The notes beneath the pieces are model-generated. The model did no database searches. It was not told the DNA's origin and saw nothing but the letters and a program-made list of their open reading frames with translations. A stretch of 64,000 nt of DNA from NCBI GenBank assembly GCA_040220235.1, contig JAVJTO010000102.1, one strand, 5' to 3'. The position numbers were made by a program, and so were the translations under genes. The DNA comes from Coleofasciculus sp. B1-GNL1-01 (GTDB lineage: Bacteria > Cyanobacteriota > Cyanobacteriia > Cyanobacteriales > Coleofasciculaceae). Shown here one piece after another: positions 18,880 to 28,800 of this stretch; the stretch's first letter is position 1; every line of letters begins with the position of its first letter.

Positions 18880-21800
18880 ATGTCTTCTCACGAACACCTC
18901 TGGAAAAAAGGCTTCTCAAAGCCCAATTCGACACCCGTGCCGAATCCCTTCACAATACAGAGGCGTCGTGCCAAAGTGCTGTCACCGACATTATCGCCCC
19001 AGGAAAAATTACAGCTCAAACAACAAGCGGATCAAATTTCCCAGGTAGGTTATAACTCCCAAAAGATTCCACTTCAATCTCCTGCGCCAACAGCCGAAGC
19101 CAGTCCGATTCAGTCAAAGGCAGGTGAGATCACAAAGCAGCAGCCCACTACTGATACTGTAGATATTCAGGCGGATGCGTCGGAAGTTCAAGACGAGACG
19201 AAAAAGCCAGAAGATCTTGCTTTTGCTGAAGCCTCAGATGCTTCTGTAGCAGATAGTAGTATCCAGCGTCAGGAAATACCCGATAGTGAAGCCGAGGCAA
19301 TACCTGAATCTGATACAGATAGCATTGATAATCCAGAAGAAGAAGCCGACATTCAAGCGAAAGCCGAACAACCTTCTCGTAATTTCCTCGAACTCCCTGT
19401 TAATGCTCCGGGTACATCGCCATCCTCTATACAAAGACAGGTAAACTTTGGAGGATTAGGCAATTCGATTCAACAGCAGCCCGTTGAAAACGAGGAAAAG
19501 GTTGAGCCAGAAGCTGAACAAGAGGCGCAGGAATCGGATGAAACCATCCAACGCCAAGAAATCCCAGAGGCTGAAGAAGACGAGATATCATCGAGTGAGT
19601 CTCAAACGGTTCAACGCCAAGGAGAAACCTCAGATACACCAGCTCAACAAACAGAACAATCAGAAGAGTATCATAATTTTCTAGACATTCCAGTAAACGT
19701 TCCCGGTACACCCTCATCTTCGATTCAGAGACAGGTTAATTTGGGTAGGTTGTCGAATCAGGTTGTTCAACCAATAAAATCCACCCCTAACCCCAGATTA
19801 AATCGACTCAATACCTTTACTTCACAGCGAATTGAGTCACCTGTAAAGCCAGTTAATCCTGTATTGAATCAGTCACCAGCTCAAACAGTTCAACGTCAGG
19901 ATAATACCGAGGATGAAGACATCCAAAACCAGCCTCTCCAGGAACCCGAAGAAGAAACGGTTCAGAAAAAAGAAACACAGTCACCATCCTCTGACGCTAC
20001 AGCTACACCGTCTCTCGAACAATCCATCCCACAACAGGAGAATGAGTCGGAGCCAGAGCAGCAAGAACTTGATACTCTGAAACCTAAGAAGTTATCGGAT
20101 AAGAGTTCCGAATTTTTATCAGATAAACAACAACCTTTATCCTTACAACAAGGGCAAGTCAAACCCGAATCGCTAGAGGCAAAAAAGCTGGAAGATAATC
20201 CGCTGGAATTGACCTCGAATAAAGAACAGCAAATACCTCAAACCCAGGTAGAGTCAGTAGCTGCCAAGGAAAACCAGCAATCGGAAACAAGTACAAAGGA
20301 ACAGCCTCAAGAAAAAGTAGAAACTCCAGTAGAAAGCCAAGCTGAAACTGGGACAGGTGGAAGTATGGGTAATGCCCCAACAGCGCCAACTGCAATGACT
20401 CCCCAAACTCAAGAAGCTAGTTTGAGTGGAGGTACAGGGGGAGAAGGAGCGGCATCAGCCCCCCAAGAAGCTGTGACGATTACGGCGGAAGATCCCGGCC
20501 AGATTATCGAACAGCTAAAAAATACGCCACCGACTCAAGCTGTTGCTGCTTACGCTCAAGCCGAAGCCGCTTCAGTTCCAGCACTAGCAAAACAAAAACA
20601 AAACCTACAGGAAACGATACCAGAAATTCCAGCACCCACTGGATTACCTGCTCAAGGAACAGAAGCAACTCAAACAGCAGAGAAAGCCGCAACAAAAGCC
20701 GCTCAATCGAAAGGAGAGCCGAAGGTTGAAGTGAAAACGGAAGGTTCAGCTCAACCCGAAGCTAAATATGATACCCAAGTACCAGAAGCTCCACCTGCTC
20801 CACCGCCTGCACCAACCCAACTTGCTGGTGGCAAGGTTCAACAAGAAGGACAAAATGACGAAGCCCTGAGCCGCAGCGCTCAACAAGCTTTGTCTAATGT
20901 CCAGATGAACACCAGTCAAATTAGCACCAGTGCTGGAGAACGCCCCAATGTGGATTTAAAGGGGGAAGCGAATCCGGCTCAAATCCAGTCTGCTCAGGCA
21001 CAATCGAATCAAGAGTTACAAACTGCGAAAGCCCAAGCCGTTGCTGACACGAATCAAGACTTTGGTGAGAATAGCATTTTTCCCAAAGCCAGCAATGAAA
21101 CCCTCAAAGCAAACAAAGAACTTTCTGCGATCGCACCGCCGACGATGCAAGGACTTGAATCTCCGACTGTGCCAGGAGAAGACGCAGGCGGACTGAATCA
21201 ATCCCTGACCCCTTTGCTGAGAGAAAAGATTGGAGCAGAACAAGAGAAATATCGGGCAGGTAAAGATAAATTTGACACCGATACAGCCCAAGCTAGAACG
21301 GATGCTGACCAGGAAATTGCGGGTTTAGATGAACAAACGAAACAAAAACAAATAGCCGAACAAGAACAAGCTAAGGCAGAAGTCACTCAAGCCAGACAGG
21401 AGTGGCGAACCGAACTCGATACCGTTGATCAGGACTATCAGGAGAAAGCCAGTCAAGCTAGTCAGGAACAGCGGGATAAAATTGACACCGAAAAGCTCAA
21501 GGGAGAGGAGAAAGCTGCCCAACATTTAGAAGACGCAGAGAAAGAGGTCGAACAAGAAAAACAGAAAGCTGATAAAGAAGCCAACAAGAAGAAAGAGGAA
21601 GGCGAAAAAGAATCAGGTGGTTTCTGGGGTTGGGTTAAATCGAAAGCCAAAGCCTTGATCGATGGCATTAAAAAAGCCGTTAATTTCATCTATGACAACC
21701 TCCGCAAAGCGGTTAAGGCAATTTTTGATGCTGCTAAAAAACTGGCGACAGCAGCGATTGATTTAGCGCGTCAAGCAATTGTTGGACTAATCAAAGTCTT

Positions 21801-23961
21801 CGGTGAAATTCTAAAGGGATTGGTCAAAGTTGCTTTTGCCGCCTTTCCAGAAATAGCCAAGAAAATCAATGCCAAGATTGACCAGGCAGTTAAAAAAGCA
21901 GAGAAAGCGGTTAATGCTGCTGCTGACTTATTAAAGAAAGGAATTTCTGCGGTTCTCGATTTCCTTGCCAATACCTTAGATTCTCTGTTAGGTCTCATCC
22001 AAGATCTTTACAACGGCGCTCTCACCGTTATCGGCATGATTATTAACGGTGAGTTTGCTGAACTGTTCACACGTATTGGCAACCTAGTGGAAGCGGCTAA
22101 GACAGCACCAGCCCAATTTGAAACGGCGGCTTTAGAGGAACTGTTGGGCGGAAATCTTGACCAACCGCTCTCACCCCAAGAATTATCCCAAGCAGCGACC
22201 ATGGGTATTAGTTTACCCAGCCAACAAGGAGAAAATAAAGCACAAGGGAGTGAAGCGTCAGAATTACCAAGTCCCCCTTGGACAACTGACAATGTTGGCG
22301 TTGATGGCGTAGAAAACAACATGGAACTCTCCCCTGAGTTAGTCACCCAGTTAATGGAACAAACCAATGGTGATGGGGAAGTCATGCTGGGTGAGTCCAA
22401 TGATGAGAGTCGCTCAATGGACACGATTATGGCTGAAGCCACTGGTCAAAAACAGGAGGGAGGAGAACAAGCCCCAGAAACTATTCCCAATGATGGACTC
22501 ACTCCCAAACAGCGGGCAGAAATCAAATGGGAGATGATGAAACAAGGGATTAGTCAGTGGTGGTCAGATAATTGGCCCATCGTTTTGGGTGCAGGAGTTG
22601 TCGGGGTTGCGGGATTCATTGCGGCAAATATCGTTACAGGTGGAGCGATAACGGCGGCTTTACCAACCATCATGGCAGTCGTTGGTCCCTTATTTGCCGG
22701 AGTGACCATTGCTCAAATTGGGGGTCATATCCGCGATTATCTGGCTAAGGGTTGGGAAGGAGAAATCCAACCCGGAGGTAAGAGTTTAGCCAAAGGGTTA
22801 GCCGCAGGAGCGATTGAATTAGTGTCCTGGTTGACCTTCAAAGTCGGTGGAGCAGCCCTTAAGGGGGCGAAGGCGGCGGCTAAAGGGGCGAAGGCATTAG
22901 CTAAAGGAGGTATCCAAGTTGCTAAGAAGGTTACGCAAGCAGTTATTAAGGGTGCGAAGTACCTGATTAAGAAGGGTAAGGTACTGTTTAAGGGCATTGC
23001 TGAAAGCGGTATCGGTAAACAGTTTAAACGTCTCCAGGATTTAGGTCAGGGACTGTTGAACAAGATGCGGTTTAAGGCTTTCCGTATTCGGGTTAAGAAT
23101 CGAAGATTTCAACTTGAAGGATTGATAAATCCTTGGATACTTCTTGCTAATGGAAGGATTATAGAACTCCAACAAGACGAATTGCCAGAATTGACTAGGG
23201 TAGGAGACGAACTGAAGACTCCAGCAGGTCGTGGACAGGTTGTTGCACTTGGGGACGATTTACCCAATAATCAGCTAGTATCACTTATTGATAGACGTTC
23301 TCCAAAGGGTACAAAAACTCAGATAGTAGATGGCAGAAAAAGTAAGGTAGAGACTGATACTCCACGCAATAGTGCTGAAGATGCAATTCCTCGAGAAGAT
23401 TATGAAAAATTAGTAGAGGAGTGGAATAAATACCAACAGCAACTAGCTCAACGCCGTCACAAAGGTATGCAAAAACATTCTCAAGGAACTGCTCAAGGAG
23501 ACTGGGAAAGATATCAACACTATATGGCTGAACGTGGTCGCAAAGCGGCTGGGGAACCAATGACATTTGAAGAATGGATTGAACTTAGCCGTAAAAAAGC
23601 TTCTTCGCCAAAACTCACTCCAGAGCAACAAGCAGCACATGATAGCCTGGGTAACTGGGGAGATCCAAATTCAAAGGTTTATGGTCATGCTGTAAAAACC
23701 CATGGACCCCAAAGGAATCCTCAAGAACTGATAGATCGTGTTCGCAGTACAAATAATCCCCAGGGACATTGGAAAAATGAAGAATTTATCATCGAAGCCG
23801 AACAACTAGCACCTGTTGAACCGGGTGAACACATTATCAACATGGGTAAACCAGTGGGTGATGTCTATCTTCCTAATGGAGAAATACTCAAAGATGTCAA
23901 GATTGTAAAGGTCATTCGTAATACCGACGGAACAGTAAAAACAGCGTACCCTTTTAGTTAA
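18880..23961 (+). CDS. Large polymorphic-toxin-like protein with a candidate C-terminal nuclease domain
   Basis: Acidic IQRQ/VQRQ-repeat N-terminus, coiled-coil and amphipathic helical trunk, hydrophobic segment, C-terminal HAVKTHG...TAYP. ATG at 18880 follows GAGG. Confidence 0.7.
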   Translation: MSSHEHLWKKGFSKPNSTPVPNPFTIQRRRAKVLSPTLSPQEKLQLKQQADQISQVGYNSQKIPLQSPAPTAEASPIQSKAGEITKQQPTTDTVDIQADASEVQDETKKPEDLAFAEASDASVADSSIQRQEIPDSEAEAIPESDTDSIDNPEEEADIQAKAEQPSRNFLELPVNAPGTSPSSIQRQVNFGGLGNSIQQQPVENEEKVEPEAEQEAQESDETIQRQEIPEAEEDEISSSESQTVQRQGETSDTPAQQTEQSEEYHNFLDIPVNVPGTPSSSIQRQVNLGRLSNQVVQPIKSTPNPRLNRLNTFTSQRIESPVKPVNPVLNQSPAQTVQRQDNTEDEDIQNQPLQEPEEETVQKKETQSPSSDATATPSLEQSIPQQENESEPEQQELDTLKPKKLSDKSSEFLSDKQQPLSLQQGQVKPESLEAKKLEDNPLELTSNKEQQIPQTQVESVAAKENQQSETSTKEQPQEKVETPVESQAETGTGGSMGNAPTAPTAMTPQTQEASLSGGTGGEGAASAPQEAVTITAEDPGQIIEQLKNTPPTQAVAAYAQAEAASVPALAKQKQNLQETIPEIPAPTGLPAQGTEATQTAEKAATKAAQSKGEPKVEVKTEGSAQPEAKYDTQVPEAPPAPPPAPTQLAGGKVQQEGQNDEALSRSAQQALSNVQMNTSQISTSAGERPNVDLKGEANPAQIQSAQAQSNQELQTAKAQAVADTNQDFGENSIFPKASNETLKANKELSAIAPPTMQGLESPTVPGEDAGGLNQSLTPLLREKIGAEQEKYRAGKDKFDTDTAQARTDADQEIAGLDEQTKQKQIAEQEQAKAEVTQARQEWRTELDTVDQDYQEKASQASQEQRDKIDTEKLKGEEKAAQHLEDAEKEVEQEKQKADKEANKKKEEGEKESGGFWGWVKSKAKALIDGIKKAVNFIYDNLRKAVKAIFDAAKKLATAAIDLARQAIVGLIKVFGEILKGLVKVAFAAFPEIAKKINAKIDQAVKKAEKAVNAAADLLKKGISAVLDFLANTLDSLLGLIQDLYNGALTVIGMIINGEFAELFTRIGNLVEAAKTAPAQFETAALEELLGGNLDQPLSPQELSQAATMGISLPSQQGENKAQGSEASELPSPPWTTDNVGVDGVENNMELSPELVTQLMEQTNGDGEVMLGESNDESRSMDTIMAEATGQKQEGGEQAPETIPNDGLTPKQRAEIKWEMMKQGISQWWSDNWPIVLGAGVVGVAGFIAANIVTGGAITAALPTIMAVVGPLFAGVTIAQIGGHIRDYLAKGWEGEIQPGGKSLAKGLAAGAIELVSWLTFKVGGAALKGAKAAAKGAKALAKGGIQVAKKVTQAVIKGAKYLIKKGKVLFKGIAESGIGKQFKRLQDLGQGLLNKMRFKAFRIRVKNRRFQLEGLINPWILLANGRIIELQQDELPELTRVGDELKTPAGRGQVVALGDDLPNNQLVSLIDRRSPKGTKTQIVDGRKSKVETDTPRNSAEDAIPREDYEKLVEEWNKYQQQLAQRRHKGMQKHSQGTAQGDWERYQHYMAERGRKAAGEPMTFEEWIELSRKKASSPKLTPEQQAAHDSLGNWGDPNSKVYGHAVKTHGPQRNPQELIDRVRSTNNPQGHWKNEEFIIEAEQLAPVEPGEHIINMGKPVGDVYLPNGEILKDVKIVKVIRNTDGTVKTAYPFS

Positions 23962-23973
23962 AAGATAGCCAAT

Positions 23974-24504
23974 ATGAGTCAAGAATTTCAAATATCTTAC
24001 TGGTGGAAGAAGCGAAATAAACCTGGTTCTTTCATGGAAATAGTAGATGCAAGTAAACTCTCTATTTGTTTAGATTACTTCTTATCAATTTACCAAGGTC
24101 AGTTTACAGTCAGTGTTCAAGGTCATGAGGCGTGCTTCGATTTAGACCCAGATTTATCGACGATTTTTGAGACGATTCCTAATGTTTTGACAAAACTTAC
24201 AAAAGACACAAACCACGCATTAGAAATTGATTTCTTTGAGCAAGGTACAGATGTGGGAATGTTGATGGAACGCCAAGATAATGTCATTCAAATCCGTTTT
24301 GAGACTGCACCGGGTTCGGGGATGAGATTTAAGTTTTTACCTGATACATATATTCCCGTTCAAGCTAATCAGTTTTTAGAGCAGTGGCTGCAATTCATCA
24401 GAGCTGTGTTGAAGGCTCTCTTGGAATTGCAACCTGAACTTTTGAGTGATGAAAGTTACCAACAATATTGTACTCAACTTGAGCTTGTGGAATCTCAAAT
24501 TTAA
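23974..24504 (+). CDS. Hypothetical protein, candidate immunity protein
   Basis: Acidic 176-aa ORF 12 bp after the toxin-like gene. Confidence 0.6.
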   Translation: MSQEFQISYWWKKRNKPGSFMEIVDASKLSICLDYFLSIYQGQFTVSVQGHEACFDLDPDLSTIFETIPNVLTKLTKDTNHALEIDFFEQGTDVGMLMERQDNVIQIRFETAPGSGMRFKFLPDTYIPVQANQFLEQWLQFIRAVLKALLELQPELLSDESYQQYCTQLELVESQI

Positions 24505-24625
24505 ATTTAAATGGGTATCTCTGAAAATCAATCTGGCTCCGAAAAATAAACAATAAAATCCTTTAATTTTACACATTATTGCTAGTGAATGAGCTAGTTT
24601 TGAGACTGGAGATTAAAAGCTCGGT

Positions 24626-25798
24626 ATGGAAAACAGTACAGAATATTATTCCTTCAGTAACCAACTATCTTTCTTCGGTAATTTGGAATCACCCCTAGCG
24701 GTCTCAAGGGTAGAACTAGCAATTGCTGGATGGGATGAGAATACCACAAGATGCCATTTAACTTTCAAAGTTAGCCCAGGAGTATATCGACGGATTGACA
24801 CTGAAGCCTTATTTAACCTCAAACCAGAAATCCGCAGTCCTTTCTCAAATGGCGCTTTTCAAGCCGCAACTGATATTACAATCAAAGCAACTTTAGACCC
24901 TGCTTTGCTACCTGAGCTAACTGCAAATTCTACAACTCCAAAACAAGCCGCAACCTACCTACAAAACCTCAGTCAAGAACAACCTAATCATCCTCTCCTC
25001 TCCGTGCATAGTTGGTACGCCACAGAAGTCAGCCAAAACAAAACTAGCTATCGTACTCTCTGGTATTATCTTAACCCTGCCGACATTACTGCTAACGGCA
25101 TTGAGCCTGAAAAAATGAATGAAGCGATGTTCAATTTTGCCCAGGAATGGGCTAACACTAATGGTTCAGGAGTTACTGAAGATGCTGTGAAAGAAGCAGT
25201 GGAGGACATGATCCAAAACTTTGCCGAGATAACTGACAGTATTTCGGAAATGACTCAGGAGATGGTTTCAGAAACTGTCGAGGAGATGACAAATGCCTTT
25301 GCTGAACTAGCTGAAAGTATTTCTGAGATAACCGAAGAAGTTGCTTCAGAAAGGACTATTTTTCAGGTGATGACCAGTTTTTTTCAAGAGGAGGAATGGG
25401 CATTTAAGCAGCTAGATAACTCAACGTTGCATCTCCTATTTCAAGGAAAAAATGGTCAGTTCAACTGCTATGCTAGAGCCAGAGAAGCACAGCAACAATT
25501 CGTTTTTTATTCCCTCTGTCCAGTTAAAGTTACTCAGAAGAAGCGCAAACAGTTAGGAGAGTTTGTTTGTCGCGCTAACTTTGGCATGATTATCGGTAAC
25601 TTTGAACTAGACTTCAACACAGGTGAAATTCGCTACAAAACTAGCATTGATATTAAGGATAGCTTCCTGACCGAAGAAACATTGAAACAGTTGGTTTATA
25701 CCAATGTTTTAACTATGGATCAATACATTCCGGGTATTGAAGCCGTGATTTCTAGCAAAAAATCACCGGAAGAGGCGATCGCACAAATCGAATCCTGA
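24626..25798 (+). CDS. YbjN-domain protein (type III chaperone-like fold) with N-terminal extension
   Basis: C-terminal FQGKNGQFNCYA...FYSLCP...EFVCRANFGMIIGNFELDFNTGEIRYKTSID. Confidence 0.75.
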   Translation: MENSTEYYSFSNQLSFFGNLESPLAVSRVELAIAGWDENTTRCHLTFKVSPGVYRRIDTEALFNLKPEIRSPFSNGAFQAATDITIKATLDPALLPELTANSTTPKQAATYLQNLSQEQPNHPLLSVHSWYATEVSQNKTSYRTLWYYLNPADITANGIEPEKMNEAMFNFAQEWANTNGSGVTEDAVKEAVEDMIQNFAEITDSISEMTQEMVSETVEEMTNAFAELAESISEITEEVASERTIFQVMTSFFQEEEWAFKQLDNSTLHLLFQGKNGQFNCYARAREAQQQFVFYSLCPVKVTQKKRKQLGEFVCRANFGMIIGNFELDFNTGEIRYKTSIDIKDSFLTEETLKQLVYTNVLTMDQYIPGIEAVISSKKSPEEAIAQIES

Positions 25799-25824
25799 CG
25801 ACAACGCGCGATCGCACTTCTCCC

Positions 25825-28800
25825 TTACTCGTCAATCACAGCCGTGCGGTCAAGCAATAGCAGCGATCGCAACTGATCGGTGTCCATATCCGTGACCCAG
25901 TTTTCACCCGCTTCTACCGTCTGTTCCGCCAACTGCTTCTTACTTTCAATCATGTCATTAATCCGTTCTTCCAGCGTCCCCGTACAGACAAACTTATGCA
26001 CCTGTACATTGCGAGTTTGACCAATTCTAAACGCCCGATCTGTCGCCTGATTCTCCACCGCCGGATTCCACCAGCGATCAATGTGGAAGACGTGATTTGC
26101 CCGGGTCAAATTTAGTCCTGTTCCTCCCGCTTTTAAGGATAAAATCAGAATCGGGGGTCCTTCCGGGTCATTTTGGAAACGGTCAATCATTTCCTCCCGT
26201 TGCTTCTTGCGAGTTGCGCCATAGAGGAACAAGATTTCCTGATCAAATTGTTTGGCTAAATAGGGTTTCAGCAGTTTCCCCCATTCCGCAAACTGGGTAA
26301 AAATTAACGCGCGATCGCCTTCCGAAATCGCTTCGTCTAACATTTCCTGTAACCGCAGTAATTTCCCGGAACGCTTGGCGTCTTTTAAGGATTTCTCCTT
26401 TAATAATTGGGCGGGATGATTACAGACTTGTTTGAGTCGCATCAGCAAGGTTAAAATTAATCCCTTGCGCTGAATTCCCTCCGCTGCTTCAATTTCAACT
26501 AAGGATTCATCCACCAATTTCTGATACAGAGTTGCCTGTTCTGCGGCGAGTCCACAGAATACCGTCATCTCCTGTTTCTCTGGCAAGTCTTGGATAATTG
26601 TCTTATCCGTTTTCAGACGGCGCAGAATAAATGGTTGTACTAGCGATCGCAAAGTTTGTAAGGAATCCCTGTCGCCAAACTTCTCAATCGGCATAGCAAA
26701 GCGGCGTTGGAAAAATTGGCGATCGCCTAAATATGCAGGATTTAGAAAATCTAAAATTGACCACAATTCCGATAATCGGTTCTCCACAGGCGTTCCTGTT
26801 AAAGCAATGCGAAATTCTGTCGGCAGTTTCCGCACAGCTTGGGACTGTTTTGCCCCTGGATTTTTGATATTCTGCGCTTCATCTAGTACAACACCTTGCC
26901 AGGATACCGATTCTAGGCTGGCGGCATCTCGATACACTAATGGATAACTGGTAATCACCAAATCCTTAGTCTTCACTGCTTTAGCAAATGTCTTACCTTT
27001 TGAGCGTTTATCGCCGTGGTGGACGATAGCTTTAAGCGTTGGAGCAAATTTTTTCACCTCCCGTTCCCAGTTTCCGAGTACGGATGTGGGACAGACTAAT
27101 AATGTGGGCGATTCCAGAACATCTTTATCTTTTAAATGAAGCAAAAAGGCAATGGTTTGAATTGTGTTATGACAAAGAATGTTATTTGCCACAAAGTTGT
27201 GATGATGGCTGACTTCAAAATCATACACCCATCCCTCATAGTCGATATCCTCGATGTCCTGAATCTGACAGTAGAAAACCTCTTGATCCAGGAGACGCTG
27301 TAAGCGTTCTTTAGTGAAATTTAATTGGAGTTTGTCGAGTTTGGTATAAGCGTCCAGAGTTTGAGATGTCCACTTCGATGGTTTTTGGTGTCGATAGTCT
27401 CGTTCCGCTACGCCACTGGTAATGCGCTCCATTCCGGCGACAACTCGTTCTAGGCTAGCTCGTGAAAATTGCTGTGAGCCATTGATATAGACTGTGTTGT
27501 GCATCCCCAAATGCCGGATTGGTAATTGAGTCGCTGTGACGGTTTCCGCTACAATATCAGATGCGGGAATTCCTTCTACATTCGTGTTACTGACTCGTTC
27601 ACAGATTTCTGCCAATTTGCGCTGTTTTTCTGGATAATTAAATCCAATCTCTTGTAAGAATCGACGCGCTGAATTGCCACCGATTGTACCATTATGGTAA
27701 GTGCGGATGATTTGTTTGCCATTTGTTGCTTTTTTTTGTTTGGATGAAATTCTTAACCAAATGCCGAAGCGTCGTAGCAGTACAGAGAGTTGCTGAATTA
27801 GTAAAGGGGAAGCTGTACTGATTTCAATACTCCGCATCTGAGAAATAACAGATGCTTCCGCATCGAAATAGTTTTGGAGGAAGATCTTCACTGTATCTCG
27901 ATCTGCCTGCATAATAAAATCAGGGATAGATTTCTGATGCGATCGCATTCCCCAACTGTATCCTTTGGTTTGTAAGAATTCTCGGTAGGTTTGGCTATTG
28001 ATTCGCAGATCTGCCACTCGATTCGGGTAGGTACAAATGCTAGGGGTATTGATTTTCAGGTTGTACCGCTGACCGATTTTTTGGAAGATCTGGAGCAAGT
28101 CTTGTAAACAGTCTTTGTCTTTCTGTGAAATGTTGACCCTTGCTTGATCCGATTGCTCACATCCTTCAGCAATTTGCCAAGCCAGAAACTTCACCAAATC
28201 CGGATCTTCGGGTTGCCCCTGCCAAATCATTTTGGCAGGTACACAGACGTAATCCCCCACCTGAAAATTAGTCGTCCAACCGTGATGGGTTAATAGTTTA
28301 TGACGATAGGTAATCGTAATTCGGCTCCCATCTTTAAGCGTAACGGTGCGTAGTTTTTCCTGCACTCGCTGGCGATAGAGACGCTGAATGGGAGCGGTGG
28401 TCATTTTATGGGTTTGTGAGTCAATGGCATTAACCTGTAACGACTCTATGGGCTGACTCCAAAATCCCTCCCCATCAAATTCAGTGTCTCCAGCATACTG
28501 ATTCCAAATATCTTCAGCTTGGATCACGGTTCCATTGACGGAAATTAATGTACTAGGCGCGACGCATTTTCCTAATCCCATATCGTCCGCTAAACAAGCC
28601 CCTAAACCCCAGCGTTCTAAAAAGGCTAACCAACTGGCTCCTCGGAGTTGATAGGGGCGTAATGTGCCGTTAAAGTCTTGGGGAACATCAATGGGTTCAA
28701 TCGTGCGATTTCCAGTTAAATTAGTAATTAACTCTTGCAGCGCCCCGGATGCTTCAAAGTGAACGACAGGCAATTTTCCTAAAGTTTTAGTATCGCCTGT

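Noticed and set aside
21600..22100. Tape-measure-like helical region suggesting a prophage
   Set aside because: No capsid, terminase, tail or integrase genes nearby; the context fits a toxin trunk.
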